A stretch of 64,000 nt of DNA from Nemertoderma westbladi (lineage: Eukaryota > Animalia > Xenacoelomorpha): assembly GCA_032718475.1 (NCBI GenBank), contig JAUCBJ010006743.1, positions 15,705 through 79,704 of the forward strand, read 5' to 3'. The position numbers were made by a program, and so were the translations under genes. Every line of letters starts with the position of its first letter. Position 1 is the stretch's first letter. Below the pieces are notes generated by a model that was not told the DNA's origin, searched no databases, and worked only from the letters and a program-made list of their open reading frames with translations. Shown in pieces: positions 46,301 through 59,414 of this stretch.

Positions 46301-49300
46301 AGGGGTGTGTTCCAGAACGTCTTTACTGATCCCCCCAGGGGTGTGTTCCAGAACGTCTTTACTGATCCCCCCAGGGGTGTGTTCCAGAACGTCTTTACTG
46401 ATCCCCCCAGGGGTGTGTTCCAGAACGTCTTTACTGATCCCCCCAGGGGTGTGTTCCAGAACGTCTTTACTGATCCCCCCAGGGGTGTGTTCCAGAACGT
46501 CTTTACTGATCCCCCCAGGGGTGTGTTCCAGAACGTCTTTACTGATCCCCCCAGGGGTGTGTTCCAGAACGTCTTTACTGATCCCCCCAGGGGTGTGTTC
46601 CAGAACGTCTTTACTGATCCCCCCAGGGGTGTGTTCCAGAACGTCTTTACTGATCCCCCCAGGGGTGTGTTCCAGAACGTCTTTACTGATCCCCCCAGGG
46701 GTGTGTTCCAGAACGTCTTTACTGATCCCCCCAGGGGTGTGTTCCAGAACGTCTTTACTGATCCCCCCAGGGGTGTGTTCCAGAACGTCTTTACTGATCC
46801 CCCCAGGGGTGTGTTCCAGAACGTCTTTACTGATCCCCCCAGGGGTGTGTTCCAGAACGTCTTTACTGATCCCCCCAGGGGTGTGTTCCAGAACGTCTTT
46901 ACTGATCCCCCCAGGGGTGTGTTCCAGAACGTCTTTACTGATCCCCCCAGGGGTGTGTTCCAGAACGTCTTTACTGATCCCCCCAGGGGTGTGTTCCAGA
47001 ACGTCTTTACTGATCCCCCCAGGGGTGTGTTCCAGAACGTCTTTACTGATCCCCCCAGGGGTGTGTTCCAGAACGTCTTTACTGATCCCCCCAGGGGTGT
47101 GTTCCAGAACGTCTTTACTGATCCCCCCAGGGGTGTGTTCCAGAACGTCTTTACTGATCCCCCCAGGGGTGTGTTCCAGAACGTCTTTACTGATCCCCCC
47201 AGGGGTGTGTTCCAGAACGTCTTTACTGATCCCCCCAGGGGTGTGTTCCAGAACGTCTTTACTGATCCCCCCAGGGGTGTGTTCCAGAACGTCTTTACTG
47301 ATCCCCCCAGGGGTGTGTTCCAGAACGTCTTTACTGATCCCCCCAGGGGTGTGTTCCAGAACGTCTTTACTGATCCCCCCAGGGGTGTGTTCCAGAACGT
47401 CTTTACTGATCCCCCCAGGGGTGTGTTCCAGAACGTCTTTACTGATCCCCCCAGGGGTGTGTTCCAGAACGTCTTTACTGATCCCCCCAGGGGTGTGTTC
47501 CAGAACGTCTTTACTGATCCCCCCAGGGGTGTGTTCCAGAACGTCTTTACTGATCCCCCCAGGGGTGTGTTCCAGAACGTCTTTACTGATCCCCCCAGGG
47601 GTGTGTTCCAGAACGTCTTTACTGATCCCCCCAGGGGTGTGTTCCAGAACGTCTTTACTGATCCCCCCAGGGGTGTGTTCCAGAACGTCTTTACTGATCC
47701 CCCCAGGGGTGTGTTCCAGAACGTCTTTACTGATCCCCCCAGGGGTGTGTTCCAGAACGTCTTTACTGATCCCCCCAGGGGTGTGTTCCAGAACGTCTTT
47801 ACTGATCCCCCCAGGGGTGTGTTCCAGAACGTCTTTACTGATCCCCCCAGGGGTGTGTTCCAGAACGTCTTTACTGATCCCCCCAGGGGTGTGTTCCAGA
47901 ACGTCTTTACTGATCCCCCCAGGGGTGTGTTCCAGAACGTCTTTACTGATCCCCCCAGGGGTGTGTTCCAGAACGTCTTTACTGATCCCCCCAGGGGTGT
48001 GTTCCAGAACGTCTTTACTGATCCCCCCAGGGGTGTGTTCCAGAACGTCTTTACTGATCCCCCCAGGGGTGTGTTCCAGAACGTCTTTACTGATCCCCCC
48101 AGGGGTGTGTTCCAGAACGTCTTTACTGATCCCCCCAGGGGTGTGTTCCAGAACGTCTTTACTGATCCCCCCAGGGGTGTGTTCCAGAACGTCTTTACTG
48201 ATCCCCCCAGGGGTGTGTTCCAGAACGTCTTTACTGATCCCCCCAGGGGTGTGTTCCAGAACGTCTTTACTGATCCCCCCAGGGGTGTGTTCCAGAACGT
48301 CTTTACTGATCCCCCCAGGGGTGTGTTCCAGAACGTCTTTACTGATCCCCCCAGGGGTGTGTTCCAGAACGTCTTTACTGATCCCCCCAGGGGTGTGTTC
48401 CAGAACGTCTTTACTGATCCCCCCAGGGGTGTGTTCCAGAACGTCTTTACTGATCCCCCCAGGGGTGTGTTCCAGAACGTCTTTACTGATCCCCCCAGGG
48501 GTGTGTTCCAGAACGTCTTTACTGATCCCCCCAGGGGTGTGTTCCAGAACGTCTTTACTGATCCCCCCAGGGGTGTGTTCCAGAACGTCTTTACTGATCC
48601 CCCCAGGGGTGTGTTCCAGAACGTCTTTACTGATCCCCCCAGGGGTGTGTTCCAGAACGTCTTTACTGATCCCCCCCAGGGGTGTGTTCCAGAACGTCTT
48701 TACTGATCCCCCCAGGGGTGTGTTCCAGAACGTCTTTACTGATCCCCCCAGGGGTGTGTTCCAGAACGTCTTTACTGATCCCCCCAGGGGTGTGTTCCAG
48801 AACGTCTTTACTGATCCCCCCAGGGGTGTGTTCCAGAACGTCTTTACTGATCCCCCCAGGGGTGTGTTCCAGAACGTCTTTACTGATCCCCCCAGGGGTG
48901 TGTTCCAGAACGTCTTTACTGATCCCCCCAGGGGTGTGTTCCAGAACGTCTTTACTGATCCCCCCAGGGGTGTGTTCCAGAACGTCTTTACTGATCCCCC
49001 CCAGGGGTGTGTTCCAGAACGTCTTTACTGATCCCCCCAGGGGTGTGTTCCAGAACGTCTTTACTGATCCCCCCAGGGGTGTGTTCCAGAACGTCTTTAC
49101 TGATCCCCCCAGGGGTGTGTTCCAGAACGTCTTTACTGATCCCCCCAGGGGTGTGTTCCAGAACGTCTTTACTGATCCCCCCAGGGGTGTGTTCCAGAAC
49201 GTCTTTACTGATCCCCCCAGGGGTGTGTTCCAGAACGTCTTTACTGATCCCCCCAGGGGTGTGTTCCAGAACGTCTTTACTGATCCCCCCAGGGGTGTGT

Positions 49301-52300
49301 TCCAGAACGTCTTTACTGATCCCCCCAGGGGTGTGTTCCAGAACGTCTTTACTGATCCCCCCAGGGGTGTGTTCCAGAACGTCTTTACTGATCCCCCCAG
49401 GGGTGTGTTCCAGAACGTCTTTACTGATCCCCCCAGGGGTGTGTTCCAGAACGTCTTTACTGATCCCCCCAGGGGTGTGTTCCAGAACGTCTTTACTGAT
49501 CCCCCCAGGGGTGTGTTCCAGAACGTCTTTACTGATCCCCCCAGGGGTGTGTTCCAGAACGTCTTTACTGATCCCCCCAGGGGTGTGTTCCAGAACGTCT
49601 TTACTGATCCCCCCCAGGGGTGTGTTCCAGAACGTCTTTACTGATCCCCCCAGGGGTGTGTTCCAGAACGTCTTTACTGATCCCCCCAGGGGTGTGTTCC
49701 AGAACGTCTTTACTGATCCCCCCCAGGGGTGTGTTCCAGAACGTCTTTACTGATCCCCCCAGGGGTGTGTTCCAGAACGTCTTTACTGATCCCCCCAGGG
49801 GTGTGTTCCAGAACGTCTTTACTGATCCCCCCAGGGTGTGTTCCAGAACGTCTTTACTGATCCCCCCAGGGGTGTGTTCCAGAACGTCTTTACTGATCCC
49901 CCCCAGGGGTGTGTTCCAGAACGTCTTTACTGATCCCCCCAGGGGTGTGTTCCAGAACGTCTTTACTGATCCCCCCCAGGGGTGTGTTCCAGAACGTCTT
50001 TACTGATCCCCCCAGGGGTGTGTTCCAGAACGTCTTTACTGATCCCCCCAGGGGTGTGTTCCAGAACGTCTTTACTGATCCCCCCAGGGGTGTGTTCCAG
50101 AACGTCTTTACTGATCCCCTCAGGGGTGTGTTCCAGAACGTCTTTACTGATCCCCCCAGGGGTGTGTTCCAGAACGTCTTTACTGATCCCCCCAGGGGTG
50201 TGTTCCAGAACGTCTTTACTGATCCCCCCAGGGGTGTGTTCCAGAACGTCTTTACTGATCCCCCCAGGGGTGTGTTCCAGAACGTCTTTACTGATCCCCC
50301 CCAGGGTGTGTTCCAGAACGTCTTTACTGATCCCCCCAGGGGTGTGTTCCAGAACGTCTTTACTGATCCCCCCCAGGGGTGTGTTCCAGAACGTCTTTAC
50401 TGATCCCCCCAGGGGTGTGTTCCAGAACGTCTTTACTGATCCCCCCAGGGGTGTGTTCCAGAACGTCTTTACTGATCCCCCCAGGGGTGTGTTCCAGAAC
50501 GTCTTTACTGATCCCCCCAGGGGTGTGTTCCAGAACGTCTTTACTGATCCCCCCAGGGGTGTGTTCCAGAACGTCTTTACTGATCCCCCCAGGGGTGTGT
50601 TCCAGAACGTCTTTACTGATCCCCCCAGGGGTGTGTTCCAGAACGTCTTTACTGATCCCCCCAGGGTGTGTTCCAGAACGTCTTTACTGATCCCCCCAGG
50701 GGTGTGTTCCAGAACGTCTTTACTGATCCCCCCCAGGGTGTGTTCCAGAACGTCTTTACTGATCCCCCCAGGGGTGTGTTCCAGAACGTCTTTACTGATC
50801 CCCCCCAGGGGTGTGTTCCAGAACGTCTTTACTGATCCCCCCAGGGGTGTGTTCCAGAACGTCTTTACTGATCCCCCCAGGGGTGTGTTCCAGAACGTCT
50901 TTACTGATCCCCCCCAGGGGTGTGTTCCAGAACGTCTTTACTGATCCCCCCAGGGGTGTGTTCCAGAACGTCTTTACTGATCCCCCCAGGGTGTGTTCCA
51001 GAACGTCTTTACTGATCCCCCCAGGGGTGTGTTCCAGAACGTCTTTACTGATCCCCCTCAGGGGTCTGTTCCAGAACGTCTTTACTGATCCCCTCAGGGG
51101 TGTGTTCCAGAACGTCTTTACTGATCCCCCCAGGGGTGTGTTCCAGAACGTCTTTACTGATCCCCCCAGGGGTGTGTTCCAGAACGTCTTTACTGATCCC
51201 CCCAGGGGTGTGTTCCAGAACGTCTTTACTGATCCCCCCCCCTCAGGAGTCTGTTCCAGAACGTCTTTACTGATCCCCCCAGGGGTGTGTTCCAGAACGT
51301 CTTTACTGATCCCCCCAGGGGTGTGTTCCAGAACGTCTTTACTGATCCCCCCAGGGGTGTGTTCCAGAACGTCTTTACTGATCCCCCCAGGGGTGTGTTC
51401 CAGAACGTCTTTACTGATCCCCCCAGGGGTGTGTTCCAGAACGTCTTTACTGATCCCCCCAGGGGTGTGTTCCAGAACGTCTTTACTGATCCCCCCCAGG
51501 GGTGTGTTCCAGAACGTCTTTACTGATCCCCCCAGGGGTGTGTTCCAGAACGTCTTTACTGATCCCCCCAGGGTGTGTTCCAGAACGTCTTTACTGATCC
51601 CCCCAGGGGTGTGTTCCAGAACGTCTTTACTGATCCCCCCCAGGGGTGTGTTCCAGAACGTCTTTACTGATCCCCCCAGGGGTGTGTTCTAGAACGTCTT
51701 TACTGATCCCCCCCCCCTCAGGAGTCTGTTCCAGAACGTCTTTACTGATCCCCTCAGGGGTGTGTTCCAGAACGTCTTTACTGATCCCCCCAGGGGTGTG
51801 TTCCAGAACGTCTTTACTGATCCCCCCAGGGGTGTGTTCCAGAACGTCTTTACTGATCCCCCCCCCTCAGGGGTGTGTTCCAGAACGTCTTTACTGATCC
51901 CCCCAGGGGTGTGTTCCAGAACGTCTTTACTGATCCCCCCAGGGGTGTGTTCCAGAACGTCTTTACTGATCCCCCCAGGGGTGTGTTCCAGAACGTCTTT
52001 ACTGATCCCCCCCAGGGGTGTGTTCCAGAACGTCTTTACTGATCCCCCCAGGGGTGTGTTCCAGAACGTCTTTACTGATCCCCCCCAGGGGTGTGTTCCA
52101 GAACGTCTTTACTGATCCCCCCAGGGGTGTGTTCCAGAACGTCTTTACTGATCCCCCCAGGGTGTGTTCCAGAACGTCTTTACTGATCCCCCCCAGGGGT
52201 GTGTTCCAGAACGTCTTTACTGATCCCCCCAGGGGTGTGTTCCAGAACGTCTTTACTGATCCCCCCAGGGGTGTGTTCCAGAACGTCTTTACTGATCCCC

Positions 52301-55300
52301 CCAGGGGTGTGTTCCAGAACGTCTTTACTGATCCCCCCAGGGGTGTGTTCCAGAACGTCTTTACTGATCCCCCCAGGGGTGTGTTCCAGAACGTCTTTAC
52401 TGATCCCCCCAGGGGTGTGTTCCAGAACGTCTTTACTGATCCCCCCAGGGGTGTGTTCCAGAACGTCTTTACTGATCCCCCCAGGGGTGTGTTCCAGAAC
52501 GTCTTTACTGATCCCCCCAGGGGTGTGTTCCAGAACGTCTTTACTGATCCCCCCCAGGGGTGTGTTCCAGAACGTCTTTACTGATCCCCCCAGGGGTGTG
52601 TTCCAGAACGTCTTTACTGATCCCCCCCAGGGGTGTGTTCCAGAACGTCTTTACTGATCCCCCCAGGGGTGTGTTCCAGAACGTCTTTACTGATCCCCCC
52701 AGGGTGTGTTCCAGAACGTCTTTACTGATCCCCCCAGGGGTGTGTTCCAGAACGTCTTTACTGATCCCCCCAGGGGTGTGTTCCAGAACGTCTTTACTGA
52801 TCCCCTCCAGGGTGTGTTCCAGAACGTCTTTACTGATCCCCCCAGGGGTGTGTTCCAGAACGTCTTTACTGATCCCCCCAGGGGTGTGTTCCAGAACGTC
52901 TTTACTGATCCCCCCAGGGGTGTGTTCCAGAACGTCTTTACTGATCCCCTCCAGGGGTGTGTTCCAGAACGTCTTTACTGATCCCCCCAGGGGTGTGTTC
53001 CAGAACGTCTTTACTGATCCCCCCAGGGGTGTGTTCCAGAACGTCTTTACTGATCCCCCCAGGGGTGTGTTCCAGAACGTCTTTACTGATCCCCTCCAGG
53101 GGTGTGTTCCAGAACGTCTTTACTGATCCCCTCCAGGGGTGTGTTCCAGAACGTCTTTACTGATCCCCCCAGGGGTGTGTTCCAGAACGTCTTTACTGAT
53201 CCCCCCAGGGGTGTGTTCCAGAACGTCTTTACTGATCCCCTCCAGGGGTGTGTTCCAGAACGTCTTTACTGATCCCCTCCAGGGTGTGTTCCAGAACGTC
53301 TTTACTGATCCCCCCAGGGGTGTGTTCCAGAACGTCTTTACTGATCCCCCCCAGGGTGTGTTCCAGAACGTCTTTACTGATCCCCTCCAGGGTGTGTTCC
53401 AGAACGTCTTTACTGATCCCCCCAGGGGTGTGTTCCAGAACGTCTTTACTGATCCCCCCAGGGGTCTGTTCCAGAACGTCTTTACTGATCCCCTCCAGGG
53501 TGTGTTCCAGAACGTCTTTACTGATCCCCTCAGGGTGTGTTCCAGAACGTCTTTACTGATCCCCCCAGGGGTGTGTTCCAGAACGTCTTTACTGATCCCC
53601 CCCAGGGTGTGTTCCAGAACGTCTTTACTGATCCCCCCAGGGGTGTGTTCCAGAACGTCTTTACTGATCCCCCCCAGGGGTGTGTTCCAGAACGTCTTTA
53701 CTGATCCCCCCAGGGGTGTGTTCCAGAACGTCTTTACTGATCCCCCCAGGGGTGTGTTCCAGAACGTCTTTACTGATCCCCCCAGGGGTGTGTTCCAGAA
53801 CGTCTTTACTGATCCCCTCCAGGGTGTGTTCCAGAACGTCTTTACTGATCCCCCCAGGGGTGTGTTCCAGAACGTCTTTACTGATCCCCCCAGGGTGTGT
53901 TCCAGAACGTCTTTACTGATCCCCCCAGGGGTGTGTTCCAGAACGTCTTTACTGATCCCCCCCAGGGTGTGTTCCAGAACGTCTTTACTGATCCCCCCAG
54001 GGGTGTGTTCCAGAACGTCTTTACTGATCCCCCCCCCTCAGGGTGTGTTCCAGAACGTCTTTACTGATCCCCCCCAGGGGTGTGTTCCAGAACGTCTTTA
54101 CTGATCCCCCCCAGGGTGTGTTCCAGAACGTCTTTACTGATCCCCCCCAGGGTGTGTTCCAGAACGTCTTTACTGATCCCCCCCCCCTCAGGGGTCTGTT
54201 CCAGAACGTCTTTACTGATCCCCCCCAGGGGTGTGTTCCAGAACGTCTTTACTGATCCCCCCCAGGGGTGTGTTCCAGAACGTCTTTACTGATCCCCCCC
54301 AGGGGTGTGTTCCAGAACGTCTTTACTGATCCCCCCAGGGGTGTGTTCCAGAACGTCTTTACTGATCCCCCCCAGGGGTGTGTTCCAGAACGTCTTTACT
54401 GATCCCCTCCAGGGTGTGTTCCAGAACGTCTTTACTGATCCCCCCCAGGGGTGTGTTCCAGAACGTCTTTACTGATCCCCCCCAGGGTGTGTTCCAGAAC
54501 GTCTTTACTGATCCCCCCAGGGGTGTGTTCTAGAACGTCTTTACTGATCCCCCCCCCCCTCAGGAGTCTGTTCCAGAACGTCTTTACTGATCTCCCCAGG
54601 GGTGTGTTCCAGAACGTCTTTACTGATCCCCCCCAGGGTGTGTTCCAGAACGTCTTTACTGATCCCCCCAGGGGTGTGTTCCAGAACGTCTTTACTGATC
54701 CCCCCAGGGGTGTGTTCCAGAACGTCTTTACTGATCCCCCCCCCCCTCAGGAGTCTGTTCCAGAACGTCTTTACTGATCTCCCCAGGGGTGTGTTCCAGA
54801 ACGTCTTTACTGATCCCCCCCAGGGTGTGTTCCAGAACGTCTTTACTGATCCCCCCAGGGGTGTGTTCTAGAACGTCTTTACTGATCCCCCCCCCCCTCA
54901 GGAGTCTGTTCCAGAACGTCTTTACTGATCTCCCCAGGGGTGTGTTCCAGAACGTCTTTACTGATCCCCCCCAGGGTGTGTTCCAGAACGTCTTTACTGA
55001 TCCCCCCAGGGGTGTGTTCCAGAACGTCTTTACTGATCCCCCCCAGGGTGTGTTCCAGAACGTCTTTACTGATCCCCCCAGGGGTGTGTTCCAGAACGTC
55101 TTTACTGATCCCCCCCAGGGGTGTGTTCCAGAACGTCTTTACTGATCCCCCCCAGGGGTGTGTTCCAGAACGTCTTTACTGATCCCCTCCAGGGTGTGTT
55201 CCAGAACGTCTTTACTGATCTCCCCAGGGGTGTGTTCCAGAACGTCTTTACTGATCCCCCCAGGGTGTGTTCCAGAACGTCTTTACTGATCCCCCCAGGG

Positions 55301-57365
55301 GTGTGTTCTAGAACGTCTTTACTGATCCCCCCCCCCTCAGGAGTCTGTTCCAGAACGTCTTTACTGATCTCCCCAGGGGTGTGTTCCAGAACGTCTTTAC
55401 TGATCCCCCCCAGGGTGTGTTCCAGAACGTCTTTACTGATCCCCCCAGGGGTGTGTTCCAGAACGTCTTTACTGATCCCCCCCAGGGGTGTGTTCCAGAA
55501 CGTCTTTACTGATCCCCTCCAGGGTGTGTTCCAGAACGTCTTTACTGATCCCCCCCAGGGGTGTGTTCCAGAACGTCTTTACTGATCCCCCCCAGGGTGT
55601 GTTCCAGAACGTCTTTACTGATCCCCCCAGGGGTGTGTTCTAGAACGTCTTTACTGATCCCCCCCCCCTCAGGAGTCTGTTCCAGAACGTCTTTACTGAT
55701 CTCCCCAGGGGTGTGTTCCAGAACGTCTTTACTGATCCCCCCCAGGGTGTGTTCCAGAACGTCTTTACTGATCCCCCCAGGGGTGTGTTCCAGAACGTCT
55801 TTACTGATCCCCTCCAGGGTGTGTTCCAGAACGTCTTTACTGATCCCCCCCAGGGTGTGTTCCAGAACGTCTTTACTGATCCCCTCAGGGGTCTGTTCCA
55901 GAACGTCTTTACTGATCCCCCCAGGGGTGTGTTCCAGAACGTCTTTACTGATCCCCCCCCAAGGGGTGTGTTCCAGAACGTCTTTACTGATCCCCCCCAG
56001 GGGTGTGTTCCAGAACGTCTTTACTGATCCCCCCAGGGGTGTGTTCCAGAACGTCTTTACTGATCCCCCCCAGGGTGTGTTCCAGAACGTCTTTACTGAT
56101 CCCCCCAGGGGTGTGTTCCAGAACGTCTTTACTGATCCCCCCAGGGGTGTGTTCCAGAACGTCTTTACTGATCCCCCCAGGGGTGTGTTCCAGAACGTCT
56201 TTACTGATCCCCCCCAGGGGTGTGTTCCAGAACGTCTTTATTGATCCCCCCCAGGGTGTGTTCCAGAACGTCTTTACTGATCCCCCCAGGGGTGTGTTCC
56301 ATAACGTCTTTACTGATCCCCCCAGGGGTGTGTTCCATAACGTCTTTACTGATCCCCCCCAGGGTGTGTTCCAGAACGTCTTTACTGATCCCCCCCAGGG
56401 GTGTGTTCCAGAACATCTTTACTGATCCCCCCAGGGGTGTGTTCCAGAACGTCTTTACTGATCCCCCCCAGGGGTGTGTTCCAGAACGTCTTTACTGATC
56501 CCCTCCAGGGTGTGTTCCAGAACGTCTTTACTGATCCCCCCCAGGGGTGTGTTCCAGAACGTCTTTACTGATCCCCCCCAGGGGTGTGTTCCAGAACGTC
56601 TTTACTGATCCCCCCAGGGGTGTGTTCCAGAACGTCTTTACTGATCCCCCCCAGGGTGTGTTCCAGAACGTCTTTACTGATCCCCCCAGGGGTGTGTTCC
56701 AGAACGTCTTTACTGATCCCCCCCAGGGTGTGTTCCAGAACGTCTTTACTGATCCCCCCCAGGGGTGTGTTCCAGAACGTCTTTACTGATCCCCCCCAGG
56801 GGTGTGTTCCAGAACGTCTTTACTGATCCCCCCCCCCCCCTCAGGAGTCTGTTCCACAACGTCTTTACTGATCCCCCCCAGGGGTGTGTTCCAGAACGTC
56901 TTTACTGATCCCCTCCAGGGTGTGTTCCAGAACGTCTTTACTGATCCCCCCCAGGGTGTGTTCCAGAACGTCTTTACTGATCCCCCCCAGGGGTGTGTTC
57001 CAGAACGTCTTTACTGATTCTCCCCCCCCCCTCAGGAGTCTGTTCCACAACGTCTTTACTGATCCCCCCAGGGGTGTGTTCCAGAACGTCTTTACTGATC
57101 CCCCCAGGGGTGTGTTCCAGAACGTCTTTACTGATCCCCCCCAGGGGTGTGTTCCAGAACGTCTTTACTGATCCCCTCCAGGGTGTGTTCCAGAACGTCT
57201 TTACTGATCCCCCCCAGGGGTGTGTTCCAGAACGTCTTTACTGATCCCCCCAGGGGTGTGTTCCAGAACGTCTTTACTGATCCCCCCAGGGGTGTGTTCC
57301 AGAACGTCTTTACTGATCCCCCCCAGGGTGTGTTCCAGAACGTCTTTACTGATCCCCCCAGGTGT
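31345..57365. repeat. ~26 kb satellite array, 36-bp unit GATCCCCCCAGGGGTGTGTTCCAGAACGTCTTTACT (~720 copies)
   Basis: Directly visible. Perfectly homogeneous core ~42060-48670 with variant-rich flanks. Confidence 0.99.
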
Positions 57366-59032
57366 AAAAGCTTTTGTGGGATAACTGATTCGTTTGCCTT
57401 GTTGGCCAGTTCCCCCCCAGTCGCTAAGAATACTCTCAAAGTGATCTACAGCTAAAAATAGTGCAAGTTACCAGCTTATTGGCTGATTTGCTGTACGCAG
57501 GCATCTGGGCTCTGTTTAATCGGCCAACAAGCCTAGGGAGGTTGCGTCATAGCCTTGTTTTGTATCTCCCAATAGAATTTGAGTTATCCTTGATGTTGAC
57601 CTATCACAGAGTACTGAACTGAAAATTTCCTATCTCACTGCTCTTTCTCTGTGTTGAACGGGAGCTTCGTGGAATAAGGGAGTTGGTATCCTCGTATAGA
57701 GCAGTAGTCACGAGTTTTTCAAAGCCACGAAAGAACGGCTTTGTAGTGTTTTATGCTTTCTGCTTTTTAGCTCAACACTAGGAGGTTTAATTATAAGGAC
57801 ATATATCCTTTAACTGACCTGGCTGCAATTACGCATCAAACAACCTGGCTTTAAACTCTGTAAATATCAAAACAAACTGGCACGATTGATCTGTGAATAC
57901 TGCATACTGCTATTTGTTGTCGGTTATTCATTATATTTGTTGATGAATTATTATATTGGAATAACGAGAAATAACCCCGACACCCAATATTCTTGATATA
58001 CCGAAGGTAAGAGAGAAAGGTTACCAATAACGATTGTGACTTATGTTAAAGTGGTTTGAAGTGAATCTAATGTTATTTGATAGACCCTACATGAGTCAGT
58101 CTGTGTTCCTTTTATATGTGATTAAAATCAGTGAAGATTGGCAGATTAGTGTGCAGTATTGTGCAGCATTGCGTATGAGCGAGTCTGTTAAAGAAGCAAT
58201 TCCTAAAGAATGCGCCATATATGTGAATTATAATTAAGCCATATCGTTGTGAGTAGTTTAAGTCATAACTCTGTTTATATAGATAAAGCGCCACGTCCTA
58301 AAGGAACTGTTAATATTCCCGAAAGTGAATAATATTGTCAGAGATTATATAATACTGTCAGTCGAATAATACATTAAGCTTACATAGCAATAAAATTAAA
58401 CCGTCGAACCCAATCTCCCGGGAATATCCAGCGGGTGAATGGTCGCGCACGGATTGGTTTCGACTAGTGTAGTGAATCAAATACTTGTCATAGGCTAAAA
58501 AGCGATTTAATATCTAGAAGACATCTTAATTTGGCGGGTTAAACTGCCAAAGGTCTGAAAGCGCGAACATTAAAGGATATAGCTTCTTTGTTGCAGTAAG
58601 CAATAAAGTTGAAAGTACCGGTCAACCGGTAAACCTGACCGGTACATTCTGTAGGTCAGTAGGCCTAACTGTTCTAACCGGTACTTCCGTATAAGTACAC
58701 TAGTATTATTCGATTTGATTGTTGTATACCGGTAGGCTGTTTAAGGGATTAGGGATTGATCACCCTTATTCCTTTATATGGTTTACTTATTTCTGTCAAG
58801 TTTTATTTATTTGTAGGCCAGTATTGAACAGAAGGCGTGTAAACCTGATCAGATTGTACAGACGATTTGTAGGCCGAGCTGTTGTCTGATTGCTGTTAAG
58901 TCCGAACGAATTGCAGTATGTGTAGATCACCTGTCCGATTAAGTACGATTAGGCAGTAGGGGCAGCGAATGCTGTAAGGTAAACCCCCAACTAAAGAATA
59001 AGTCGCACTACTGGGTTAGAGCGCATACTCCC

Positions 59033-59343
59033 TATTGGGATCGGAAATAAATGAATACCAGCTGCATCAGTTTATTAATGGTCGACATACAGAACAGCAT
59101 ATCAAACAATAATATGAACCAACAGACCAACGAACACACCCACCACCTTCATTGACCTTACAGCACATCAGTACAGCAGTACAGTAGGTACCGGTAACGG
59201 TTACAGTACCTACAGACCTAGAAGATAGGAAAGACTGAATACCGGAATACCAGAAGAGGACCGGTAGGTAAAAGACCAGTAGGTTGGATCTAACCACCAC
59301 CAAGCCAGGGTCTACTAGAGCCCTAACAATACATAATCTAACA
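59033..59343 (-). repeat. 3' LTR of the Gypsy element
   Basis: Matches 63578-63888; preceded by CTCCC. Confidence 0.95.
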
Positions 59344-59414
59344 TCTCCCCCAAGAACAATGTAGGAGACATTTGTACTGAAAAAAAAAAATCCAACCACC
59401 ACCAATAGGTCAGT

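Noticed and set aside
41409-49031. Very long ORFs (2540 aa and 2215 aa) and the many smaller ORFs in the array
   Set aside because: They are artefacts of a stop-free 36-bp unit; frames switch at homopolymer indels.
31345-57365. CRISPR array (36-bp repeats)
   Set aside because: Repeats are head-to-tail with no unique spacers, there are no cas genes, and the context is eukaryotic.
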